Notes: generated by a model from the sequence alone, not told the origin. A DNA stretch of 28,256 bases from a virus (IMGVR_UViG_3300037245_003526:216297-244552); one strand, 5' to 3'; shown: positions 7,924 through 15,484, counted from the stretch's first letter. Translations and numbers: made by a program.

Positions 7924-8348
7924 TGGATGATAATGACTATTTAAACCTATTAAAAGATCAACAAAAAAAAGACGATGAATCATTGGTTATGTTAAATGAA
8001 GAGAAACAAGATACCGAAACATTCGCTCCGTGGATAGGTGTTGATCTTGATGGAACATTAGCATATTATGAAAAAGGATATGCTCAGAAAAAAATGATTG
8101 GTGATCCAATTCCTGAAATGTTTGAAAGAGTAAAGAAGTGGATTGCTGATGGTAAAATAGTAAAAATATTTACTGCAAGAGTATACAAAAAAGAAGATGT
8201 TGGATTAATAAAAGATTGGTTGAAAAAAGTTGGTCTCCCTGATCTTGATGTAACCAATATTAAAGATCCTGGTATGTATGTCCTTTATGACGATAGAGCA
8301 GTTCAAGTACAACAAAATACCGGAAAGCTTCTAGGTAAACCTATTTAA
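7923..8348 (+). CDS. HAD-superfamily phosphatase (polynucleotide 3'-phosphatase / deoxyribonucleotidase-like)
   Basis: HAD motif I GVDLDGTLAY, motif II KIFTAR, and a motif IV-like LYDDRAVQV resembling the T4 Pnk phosphatase DDRTQVV. Confidence 0.6.
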   Translation: MDDNDYLNLLKDQQKKDDESLVMLNEEKQDTETFAPWIGVDLDGTLAYYEKGYAQKKMIGDPIPEMFERVKKWIADGKIVKIFTARVYKKEDVGLIKDWLKKVGLPDLDVTNIKDPGMYVLYDDRAVQVQQNTGKLLGKPI

Positions 8349-8353
8349 TTATG

Positions 8354-8380
8354 AGGTGGTAAAACTTCTACCACCTTTAT
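8354..8380. terminator. bidirectional terminator hairpin
   Basis: AGGTGGTA-aaacttc-TACCACCT perfect 8-bp stem followed by TTTAT, between convergent genes. Confidence 0.55.
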
Positions 8381-8386
8381 AATTAT

Positions 8387-8701
8387 TCACTCTTGATTAA
8401 CAAACTTATCCAACAGTTCATTTATAATACAATTAATATTTAGAAGATCAATACCATACCCATTTTGAAATTGCTTGAAAATTAATCCTTCTTCTTGAAA
8501 TATATTTTCTAATATACAAGGTGGAAATTCTAATTCTTCCCCGTTATAAAATCCGATTATCTTAAGTTCATCTACTATTCTAATTAGCTCACTTTTAGTA
8601 TGAACAATATCTTCTGGTTCTACTTCTTTAAAATATCTATCCTCAAAATGATCAGATATTTTAAAATTCTCCGGTATGACACATAATATTATATATCCCA
8701 C
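8387..8701 (-). CDS. hypothetical protein (104 aa), GTG start coupled to the upstream gene
   Basis: No in-frame ATG. GTG at 8701 directly follows the TAA of 8702..9205, and GGGGGTGA lies upstream of it. Confidence 0.45.
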   Translation of the reverse strand: MGYIILCVIPENFKISDHFEDRYFKEVEPEDIVHTKSELIRIVDELKIIGFYNGEELEFPPCILENIFQEEGLIFKQFQNGYGIDLLNINCIINELLDKFVNQE

Positions 8702-9205
8702 TTATTCACCCCCTAAATATTGACCGCATGTACATGCATCAGGTAATGCGTCAAGTTTTTTAATTATATCATTAAAATATTCTGAAGTTAAAACATGATC
8801 ATCATCTTTAACATAAATTTGTCTGAATCCTTTTACGTCTCCTGTTATTTCCTCCTGACTATAAGCAGCACTAACTCCAGAAAAACTTGGAAGTACTTTT
8901 CTAACACACATTATTAAATCTGATTCTTTTGGCCATAATTGAACCTCTATTGACGTACCTTCTATTACTTTATTAAATTCTGAAGAATTTAACATAAGGT
9001 ATACAAAAATTTCATTTATGGTTGCACAATTATCAACAGAACCAAACGCTTTATGATTTATGAACATTTCTGGTAGATTTACAATATTTAATCCATGAGT
9101 ATGGGTTGGAAATAATCCGCCTGAATCAGTATGGACAATATGAGGTGGGGGTGCTTTTTTTAGTGTCTCTAAATCTAAAATACTTTCATTATAGTAATCG
9201 CTCAT
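8702..9205 (-). CDS. DUF4262-like protein (167 aa)
   Basis: AAGGAGAC RBS. Motif FPTHTHGLNIVNLPEMF resembles the (Y/H)T.GL...PE(L/M) signature of DUF4262, from memory. Confidence 0.5.
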   Translation of the reverse strand: MSDYYNESILDLETLKKAPPPHIVHTDSGGLFPTHTHGLNIVNLPEMFINHKAFGSVDNCATINEIFVYLMLNSSEFNKVIEGTSIEVQLWPKESDLIMCVRKVLPSFSGVSAAYSQEEITGDVKGFRQIYVKDDDHVLTSEYFNDIIKKLDALPDACTCGQYLGGE

Positions 9206-9249
9206 TATAGTCTCCTTTCAATTTTAGTAAACAAACTCTCCTATTCAAT

Positions 9250-9286
9250 AATTTATATATATAGTAATTTCTATATTATAGAACAA
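9250..9286 (-). promoter_or_regulatory. sigma70-like promoter candidate for 8702..9205 (TTGTTC-N17-TATATATATAAAT)
   Basis: On the minus strand: TTGTTCtataatatagaaattacTATATATATAAAT. Same architecture as the promoters downstream of the terminators at 22.4, 24.2 and 26.9 kb. Confidence 0.4.
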
Positions 9287-9297
9287 ATTAAAAAGGA
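9271..9297 (+). repeat. 27-nt exact repeat, also at 12624-12650
   Basis: ctatattatagaacaaattaaaaagga at 9271-9297 (upstream of the caspase gene) and again at 12624-12650 (3' end of 12405..12644, upstream of the histone-like gene). Confidence 0.7.
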
Positions 9298-9307
9298 GGT
9301 ATTTATT

Positions 9308-10246
9308 ATGGGATGTAAATGTTTAGAAAAAATACAATCATTATTTTCTGGTTGGAATCCATATCCATATGTACCTGGACAAGATGATAATATTATTCTT
9401 GACCCAATACCTGAACCTACTCCTGACCCAATACCTGAACCTATTATTGAACCTGTAAAGAAAGCAGTATTGGTTGGTATAAATATTTATCCAGCTCATA
9501 TGGATGCTAATTTAAGTGGATGTGTAAATGATGTTACGAATATGAGAAATTTATTGGTTTATACGTATGGATTTGATCCTGATAACATTAGAGTTCTAAA
9601 TGATGATCGTGCTACTAAAGCTAAAATTTTTGAAAGGTTAACATGGTTAATGAATTCTAATGAAGGTGATGAATTAGTATTTCATTATAGTGGTCATGGT
9701 AGTCAAGTAAGAGATAGAAATGGCGATGAACTAGATGATGGTTTAGATGAAATATTAATACCATACGACCATGATTGGGATGCTCCATTATTAGATGATC
9801 AAATAGCTGAAATATTTAAAACACAACCTGAAGGAACTAATCTCACAATGATTGCTGATTGCTGTCACAGTGGTTCTGTTTCTAGAGATATATCTAAAAA
9901 GAAGAAAAAAATTAGATTCCTTACACCACCATTTGATATCAGAAATAGAAGTCTTGATAAAGACTTATTATTAAGAAAAATTGGAGTTAAACCAAAAGGG
10001 ACTCAAAGACATATTCTTGCATCAGGTTGTAAAGATCATCAAACCTCAGCAGATGCATATATAGGATCAACATGGCAAGGTGCTTTTACATACGCTTTAA
10101 CTTCAGCTTTAAAAACAAATTCTAATCAATCTTGGACTTCAGCAATTGAAAAATTAAGTAGTATATTAGAAGTAAAAGGTTTTGATCAAACACCTCAACT
10201 AAGCGGAGATGATCAAAATAAATTAGTTTTTGGCGGAGCTGTTTAA
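9308..10246 (+). CDS. caspase-family (peptidase C14, metacaspase-like) protease
   Basis: AAAAGGAGG RBS. Catalytic dyad contexts FHYSGHGSQ (His) and IADCCHSGS (Cys, the D-x-C-H-S-G metacaspase signature). Typical fold start VLVGINIY and C-terminal QLSGDDQNKLVFGG. N-terminal MGCKC followed by a Pro-rich linker DPIPEPTPDPIPEPIIEP encoded by an 18-nt direct repeat. Confidence 0.8.
   Translation: MGCKCLEKIQSLFSGWNPYPYVPGQDDNIILDPIPEPTPDPIPEPIIEPVKKAVLVGINIYPAHMDANLSGCVNDVTNMRNLLVYTYGFDPDNIRVLNDDRATKAKIFERLTWLMNSNEGDELVFHYSGHGSQVRDRNGDELDDGLDEILIPYDHDWDAPLLDDQIAEIFKTQPEGTNLTMIADCCHSGSVSRDISKKKKKIRFLTPPFDIRNRSLDKDLLLRKIGVKPKGTQRHILASGCKDHQTSADAYIGSTWQGAFTYALTSALKTNSNQSWTSAIEKLSSILEVKGFDQTPQLSGDDQNKLVFGGAV
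9401..9442 (+). repeat. 18-nt direct repeat (x2) encoding a Pro-rich linker in the caspase gene
   Basis: gacccaatacctgaacct at 9401-9418 and 9425-9442 (DPIPEP x2). Confidence 0.7.
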
Positions 10247-10549
10247 ATGGGGACTGGAAATGGTAATGATAAAATAAATAGAACCTTAATAGAAAGAATC
10301 TTCAATACAGAACTTGAAAAAAGAGAAGAAGAACAAACTAAAACTATTATGAGAAATATTTTAATAGGTTGTATTATTACTACAGTTGTTACCTTATTAG
10401 GAACATGGACAGTATGGAATACTATACAAACTATGCAAGTAAAATATAATAAAGAAGAGATTATAGAAATACAAGAACAACTAGAAAAAAATGAAGAAAG
10501 GTTTACAAAATTTAGAGAAGAATTTTTAACAAGTCCAAAAAAGAAGTAA
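10247..10549 (+). CDS. single-pass membrane protein (100 aa) coupled to the caspase gene
   Basis: TAAATG overlap with the caspase stop. A central TM ILIGCIITTVVTLLGTWTVW is flanked by charged coiled-coil-like segments. Confidence 0.55.
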   Translation: MGTGNGNDKINRTLIERIFNTELEKREEEQTKTIMRNILIGCIITTVVTLLGTWTVWNTIQTMQVKYNKEEIIEIQEQLEKNEERFTKFREEFLTSPKKK

Positions 10550-10561
10550 GGAGGATTTACC

Positions 10562-10912
10562 ATGGAACCAAAACCAGGAAAGAAAAGTACAGAATTCGGA
10601 ATGTCTATAGCTGGAGCTATTTTAGGGATAGCAGTAGTATTCGGAATTATATCACCAGATGAAAGTTTAGCTTTGAATGGAAATATACAAACAATAGTTG
10701 GTGGTGCTATAAGTGCGGTATCAGTAGTTGGTTATGCTATTTCAAGAGCAAGAGCAAAAGGAAGCGCAACAGATTCTCAAACTATATTAAATGCTATTGC
10801 TTCATTATCAAATACACAACCGCCGCCACGTGTTAAAGTAAGTGCTAGACAAATTGCTCATGTTATGAAATTAATAGAAGCAAAAAAAGAAAAAGATAAA
10901 TTAGGTAAATAA
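10562..10912 (+). CDS. two-TM glycine-zipper small membrane protein (116 aa), holin-like topology
   Basis: AAGGAGG RBS. TM1 MSIAGAILGIAVVFGII and TM2 IVGGAISAVSVVGYAI carry GxxxG/A motifs. Basic C-terminal tail. Confidence 0.6.
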   Translation: MEPKPGKKSTEFGMSIAGAILGIAVVFGIISPDESLALNGNIQTIVGGAISAVSVVGYAISRARAKGSATDSQTILNAIASLSNTQPPPRVKVSARQIAHVMKLIEAKKEKDKLGK

Positions 10913-10920
10913 TATATTAA

Positions 10921-10951
10921 GGAGAAAGGGGAATTAAATCCCCCTTTCTCC
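10921..10951. terminator. bidirectional terminator hairpin
   Basis: GGAGAAAGGGG-aattaaatc-CCCCTTTCTCC 11-bp perfect stem between convergent genes. Confidence 0.6.
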
Positions 10952-11319
10952 TACTTCTTTTGATTCTTTCTAATCCATCTTCCAAACTTATAAAAACCCC
11001 TACCTGGACGTTTAATTCTTTCATCACCCTTTTGTGCCATTTGAGTTAACCCATTATGAATTTGTTTTCTGTTTAATACAGGTAGGAGTTCATGAACCTC
11101 CACGGTTCTTAAACCTCCTGGTTTATCATTATCAAACAAAATCTGAAGAATAAGATCTCTTTGAAAGTTCTTTTTATCTCTTCTTAACCGTACCTTATAC
11201 TCATTAGTGGCCGTAAAAGTTTGAATGAAATGAAGTAAAATATTAGTCAGTGTTTTTTGCTTTCCCATCTCTTTTTCTAATTTTGCAACTTTTTCATTTA
11301 ACTCTTTTAAAGTAGCCAT
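10951..11319 (-). CDS. possible winged-helix DNA-binding protein (122 aa)
   Basis: C-terminal GLTQMAQKGDERIKRPGRGFYKF resembles the G..L.R..RG.Y wHTH of the AbiEi-N-like family. Weak. Confidence 0.5.
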   Translation of the reverse strand: MATLKELNEKVAKLEKEMGKQKTLTNILLHFIQTFTATNEYKVRLRRDKKNFQRDLILQILFDNDKPGGLRTVEVHELLPVLNRKQIHNGLTQMAQKGDERIKRPGRGFYKFGRWIRKNQKK

Positions 11320-11322
11320 ATT

Positions 11323-11592
11323 TTATCCACCTCGTTCTGGTTTCGACTCCCTAATTCTTTTTATTCTTTCAAGTCTTCTTACTTCACACCCAAATGGTTT
11401 ATTAATTATTTTAGTAATCAATTGACAAGTATCACATGGTCTATATGATGCTGTATGCATGTCTTTTGAAATAATATCAAAAGCATGAAATAATGTTTCG
11501 TTTGGTTTGTTAAGCTTATCTTCTATAGTAGATACTCGTCTTTCGAGATCACCAATACGTGCTTGAGCAGGACTTTGATTTTTAGTATTCAT
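11323..11592 (-). CDS. hypothetical protein (89 aa) with a CxxC..C cluster
   Basis: Its ATG overlaps the upstream TAA (TAATG). An RBS for the next gene is embedded in its final codons (..ERGG*). Confidence 0.5.
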   Translation of the reverse strand: MNTKNQSPAQARIGDLERRVSTIEDKLNKPNETLFHAFDIISKDMHTASYRPCDTCQLITKIINKPFGCEVRRLERIKRIRESKPERGG

Positions 11593-11789
11593 TATCCTCC
11601 TCCCTTTGGGACAATGGTATGTTTTTTAATATACATTTCTACTTTTTTACTTACATCAGGATCCAAACAAATTTGGTTAGTCACACTCATACCGTCTTCA
11701 GTTGTTAATACAATATGAAAACCATCAAAATGAGCGTATACAGCATCACCTAAATATTGCTTGTCTATTTCATTTATTTTATCTGGCAT
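11592..11789 (-). CDS. hypothetical protein (65 aa)
   Basis: AAAGGAGAataaaaATG. The C-terminal GGG codons GGAGGAGGA double as the SD of the downstream gene. Confidence 0.5.
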   Translation of the reverse strand: MPDKINEIDKQYLGDAVYAHFDGFHIVLTTEDGMSVTNQICLDPDVSKKVEMYIKKHTIVPKGGG

Positions 11790-11801
11790 TTTTATTCTCC
11801 T

Positions 11802-11918
11802 TTAATCATCGAAAAATTCTCCGATAATCTCAAATATAATTAGAATAGGATTCACTTTAAGTTTAAAACAAATCCCTATAATAAATAGTATAATTCCGCC
11901 GATTGTCCAACCTGTCAT
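11802..11918 (-). CDS. small hydrophobic peptide (38 aa) below the track cut-off
   Basis: Minus-strand ATG at 11918-11916 overlaps the TAA of 11918..12145 (TAATG). Translation MTGWTIGGIILFIIGICFKLKVNPILIIFEIIGEFFDD*. Its stop lies just before the RBS of 11592..11789. Single-TM-like. Confidence 0.35.
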   Translation of the reverse strand: MTGWTIGGIILFIIGICFKLKVNPILIIFEIIGEFFDD

Positions 11919-12145
11919 TAGAAGTCTCCTTTATCTGCAAAAGATTCAAGTGATTTTTTATTTCTTTTAAACTTCTTTGGCCATTTTCCATTTGCTATTA
12001 TATATGCAACTTGGGTTTTCAAACCCTCTTCTCCATTTCCATCAAAAGATTTCTCAAGGGCACCCAAATAAATTTTACCATGTCTTGTTAATGTAGCAGG
12101 TTCACATAACTTTTTAATTAACTTAATTACTTCAATTTTATTCAT
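11918..12145 (-). CDS. hypothetical protein (75 aa)
   Basis: AAGGAGGTGtaATG RBS. Confidence 0.5.
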   Translation of the reverse strand: MNKIEVIKLIKKLCEPATLTRHGKIYLGALEKSFDGNGEEGLKTQVAYIIANGKWPKKFKRNKKSLESFADKGDF

Positions 12146-12404
12146 TACACCTCCTTAATATTAAAATATTAAAAACAAATGAATCCTATCACTAAATAAT
12201 ATATATAGTAGTAGTGACTTTAAAATAGGGATTTTTATGTTTATTTTAGTAACATATTATTAAAGGAGGTTATTATTAATACTACAAAAGATAGAGATAT
12301 TTATTATCATTATAAATTTATCTTAGGAACCCATGGATCGGATAGAGCTATAGTTCTTACGTCAATCCTTTTTAATAAGGATGAAGGTATAGTCAAAAAA
12401 ATAT

Positions 12405-12644
12405 GTGAAGAAGGAGATAAGAAATATAATGAAAAAATCTAAAAAAAGAAAATTGAAAAAAAGAAAACAACAACCTAAAATAGTTACTCATCAAATAAAA
12501 AAACCTACCTTACTAGAAATAATAAAAAGAAAATTTAAACAATTCAAAGAAGATCATTTTATTATATACTCATTTTTAGATACTATAGTATATATGACTC
12601 TTATATATGGATCAATAGCACTACTATATTATAGAACAAATTAA
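12405..12644 (+). CDS. basic protein with C-terminal TM (79 aa)
   Basis: GAAGGAGA RBS. KKRKLKKRKQQPK N-terminus, hydrophobic C-terminus. Confidence 0.5.
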   Translation: MKKEIRNIMKKSKKRKLKKRKQQPKIVTHQIKKPTLLEIIKRKFKQFKEDHFIIYSFLDTIVYMTLIYGSIALLYYRTN

Positions 12645-12684
12645 AAAGGATTAATATTAACAATTCAAAATAGGAGTTATTGTA

Positions 12685-13227
12685 ATGAAACTTTATAAAA
12701 GTTATTTAGAGGATCCATCAGATAATATAGTAGAAGCAAAAGAAGATGAAATTGTATCAGAAGATGAGCTTTTAACAGAAGCTGAAATTCTTCCAGATCT
12801 ATTAGTTGATTGTCTTTTAGAATCAAATGAACTAACTGAGTTATTCTTAGATTACATTCAAGAAGCAGATGCAGATAAAAAAGAAACTAAAAAAGAGAAG
12901 TTTAAAAGATATCTTAAAACGGCCGGAAAAGCAGCACTTGTTGGCGCAGCAGGTTATGGTGCTTATACAGCAGCTACAAAAGCAAAGGCAGCTTATCCTG
13001 GAGCAAAAGCAGCAGCAACAAAGAAAGGTAAAGAAGTAAAAGTAGCAGCAGCAGCAACAAAGAAAAAAGTAGTAGCAACAGGTAAAGAAGCAGCAGCAAA
13101 AGTAAAAGCAGCAGCAAAAGAAATAAAAAGAAAAGGAAAATTAAAAGGTAAAGAATTAGTAGCAGCTTATCAATTACATCGCACAAAACCTCACGATGTT
13201 AAAATACCATATCGTCCAAAAGGTTAA
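12685..13227 (+). CDS. Lys/Ala-rich histone-H1-like protein, third member of the SYL.YIQ family
   Basis: TAGGAG RBS. Acidic N-terminal half with LFLDYIQEAD, then a C-terminal half AAKAKAAYPGAKAAATKKGKEVKVAAAATKKKVVATGKEAAAKVKAAAKEIKRKGK encoded by (GCA)n-rich DNA. Confidence 0.6.
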   Translation: MKLYKSYLEDPSDNIVEAKEDEIVSEDELLTEAEILPDLLVDCLLESNELTELFLDYIQEADADKKETKKEKFKRYLKTAGKAALVGAAGYGAYTAATKAKAAYPGAKAAATKKGKEVKVAAAATKKKVVATGKEAAAKVKAAAKEIKRKGKLKGKELVAAYQLHRTKPHDVKIPYRPKG

Positions 13228-13243
13228 AAATAATAAACTAATG

Positions 13244-13275
13244 GATGGGAGTTGAATATTCTTCTCCCATCTTAT
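13244..13275 (+). terminator. terminator hairpin
   Basis: GATGGGAG-(12 nt)-CTCCCATC perfect 8-bp stem, then TTAT. The T-run is weak. Confidence 0.45.
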
Positions 13276-13444
13276 AGTTCCTTCCCATGTAACACCCTAG
13301 TCTAAAACAAAATACTCCATTTATCAATATTACATTGTTATAAACCGTAAGATTTATTCTAATAATATCAGATAGTAACTAAATATAATTATTTCAAGAA
13401 TTTAGAACAAATAATAAATACTAATATTATATTGGAGGTTTATT

Positions 13445-14677
13445 ATGGGTAAAATTAAATATCCTGGTTTATGTGAGTTCGTTCAGGAAAAACTCAAACA
13501 GAAAAAAGATTCCACAGAGATATTTAATGAGGCATGTAGAACATTCAATTACAAAGATAGAATTAGTAGCTTCAGAAGATATGTAAATAATATAAAATAT
13601 AGACATAAAGATGATAGTCCAAATCAACCCTCAAATGATCAAACCATAAAAGAAAACTTACCAAAAGATGACGTATCAGAATTTCTTGATATTGTTTCGA
13701 AACAAAAAAATATAAGCATTATTGACATATGTAATGATCTTAATTGTTCACCACAAAGAATAGATAATTTAGTTTCCTATCATAGATCAAAAGGTTATGA
13801 TATCACCATTCATGAAGATATGGTTATGTTCTTTACAGACCTAGTATCATCAGTCGAACAAGTCCCTCAGATATCAGAAACCGAAATAACATTTGGTGTA
13901 GCATCCGACCTACACTTTGGATCCAAAGCAGCACAAATAACCGCTCTAAATGAGTTCTGTAATATATGTTCAAAAAGAGGAGTTAAACACATATTCAGTC
14001 CAGGTGATATTGTAGCAGGTTATAATGTATACCCTGGACAGCAATTCGATTTATATGCTTTATCAGCAGAAGAGCAAGAAGATTCAGTAATTAAAAATCT
14101 TCCAACCGGTGACTTTCAATGGTATATGTTAGGTGGTAATCATGATTATGCCTTTATTAAAAAGGGTGGTGGTCATAATCCTGTATTAGCAATAGCATCA
14201 AAAAGAGAAGATGTACATTATGTAGGTTTCGATGATGCTGATATACCTATACTTAATGGAGTAGAGCTTAAGCTGTGGCACCCTTCTGGAGGTGTGCCAT
14301 ATTCAGTATCTTATAGATTACAAAAAGGTGTAGAGCAAATATCATATAGCGAATTAAGAAGAATAATAAGCGGAGAAAAAATGGCACCAACAATTAGATT
14401 TGTACTGTCTGGTCATTTACATATTCAAGTACAAGCTATGATTGGATCAATATTCGGAATGCAATGTGGAGCATTTGAAGGTCAAACAAATTATCTAAAA
14501 CGTAAAGGTTTAGTACCTAATATTGGTGGATATATAGTTAATGCAGAATTAGGAAAAAATGGTCTTATTAAAAATTTCGATGCTAAATTTTATATGTTTG
14601 AAGATATAGAAGATGATTGGAGAAACTATAGTCATAGTATACCAAAACAAAAAATAGTTAAACCTATATTTGGATGA
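13445..14677 (+). CDS. calcineurin-like metallophosphoesterase with an N-terminal extension (410 aa)
   Basis: TGGAGG RBS. MPP motifs ASDLHFG (D-x-H), SPGDIVAG (GD), LGGNHDY (GNHD), LWHPSGG, and LSGHLHIQ (GH-x-H). Confidence 0.7.
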   Translation: MGKIKYPGLCEFVQEKLKQKKDSTEIFNEACRTFNYKDRISSFRRYVNNIKYRHKDDSPNQPSNDQTIKENLPKDDVSEFLDIVSKQKNISIIDICNDLNCSPQRIDNLVSYHRSKGYDITIHEDMVMFFTDLVSSVEQVPQISETEITFGVASDLHFGSKAAQITALNEFCNICSKRGVKHIFSPGDIVAGYNVYPGQQFDLYALSAEEQEDSVIKNLPTGDFQWYMLGGNHDYAFIKKGGGHNPVLAIASKREDVHYVGFDDADIPILNGVELKLWHPSGGVPYSVSYRLQKGVEQISYSELRRIISGEKMAPTIRFVLSGHLHIQVQAMIGSIFGMQCGAFEGQTNYLKRKGLVPNIGGYIVNAELGKNGLIKNFDAKFYMFEDIEDDWRNYSHSIPKQKIVKPIFG

Positions 14678-15441
14678 AAACTGAAAAATATTATATTTAT
14701 GCATATTTAGATCCAACAAAAAAAGGTAATTTTAAATATACGATTGAAGGAAAAATATTTATATTTGAATTTGAACCTTTTTATATTGGAAGAGGAACAA
14801 AAAATAGACTATTGGATCATTTAAAGTTACATCCTTTAGATAAAAATTATTTTAAAAAGAATAAAATTAAAAAAATAAAAAAATTAAATATAGAACCAAT
14901 AATAGTCAAGGTAAAGTTTTTACCTGATAAAATAAAAGCTAACTTATTAGAAAAAGAATTTATTAGTGTTATTGGTAGAAGAGATTTGAATCTAGGACCC
15001 TTAACAAATCTTACTGATGGGGGAGATGGAACTTATGGTTATAAACCTTCTGAAGAAGCAAAAAGAAACTGGAAAAAATCTATAAAAAAATTTTATGATG
15101 TAAAAGAAAATAGAGATAGAATGGGTTACTATAGTACAATTGAAGGAATGATTGAAAAATATGGAATAGTTGAGGGAGAAAAAAAGTATAAAGAAAGAAT
15201 AAGAAAGATGAAGAAGTCGATTAATAAAACATATAGTGATCCAAAAATAAGAAAAAAATGCTCAAATAAAGGTTCTAAAAATGGAATGTTTGGTATTACC
15301 CCACCTCATGCAAAAAAAGTTTTAGTTATGGAAGTTTTTTATAACTCCATTGCAGAAGCTTCTAAACATACTAAAGTTCCGTATACCACATTATCTCAAA
15401 GGTTAAATAGTAAAAATTTTTCAGAATATAAATATTTATAA
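14674..15441 (+). CDS. GIY-YIG homing endonuclease
   Basis: Overlaps the preceding stop (ATGA) and has a weak RBS, as is typical of free-standing HEGs. N-terminus YIYAYLDP...PFYIGRGTKNRLLDH carries GIY and YIG motifs with conserved R/H. The C-terminus has a NUMOD-like HTH (GMFG..PHAKKVL..EVFYNSIAEASKHTKVPYTTLSQRLNS). Confidence 0.8.
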   Translation: MKTEKYYIYAYLDPTKKGNFKYTIEGKIFIFEFEPFYIGRGTKNRLLDHLKLHPLDKNYFKKNKIKKIKKLNIEPIIVKVKFLPDKIKANLLEKEFISVIGRRDLNLGPLTNLTDGGDGTYGYKPSEEAKRNWKKSIKKFYDVKENRDRMGYYSTIEGMIEKYGIVEGEKKYKERIRKMKKSINKTYSDPKIRKKCSNKGSKNGMFGITPPHAKKVLVMEVFYNSIAEASKHTKVPYTTLSQRLNSKNFSEYKYL

Positions 15442-15484
15442 TAAGAAACCTAGAAATTCAATCAAAAGATTCCTAGGTTTCTTA
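15442..15484. terminator. bidirectional terminator hairpin
   Basis: TAAGAAACCTAG-(19 nt)-CTAGGTTTCTTA 12-bp perfect stem between convergent genes. Confidence 0.55.

Noticed and set aside
9271-9300. Reading TATATTATAGAACAAATTAAAAAGGAGG solely as a plus-strand promoter/RBS module for the caspase gene
   Set aside because: The same bases, read on the minus strand, give TTGTTC-N17-TATATATATAAAT correctly positioned for 8702..9205. The element is ambiguous or bidirectional. It is kept as a finding rather than a firm feature.
11592-11612. Several small proteins end in Gly-Gly(-Gly) (11592-11789 ..KGGG, 16947-17228 ..SGGG, 11323-11592 ..RGG). This first suggested ubiquitin-like modifiers with diglycine tails.
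   Set aside because: In each case the Gly codons are GGAGGAGGA or GAGGTGGA located 5-8 nt before the next gene's ATG. They are Shine-Dalgarno sequences embedded in the upstream coding end (translational coupling), not a Ubl signature.
12146-13444. Possible tRNA or small RNA genes in the longer intergenic spacers (12146-12404, 13228-13444, 17229-17364)
   Set aside because: No cloverleaf-compatible stems or conserved T-loop (GTTCRANYC) or D-loop motifs were seen. The spacers are extremely AT-rich and better explained as promoter and terminator DNA.
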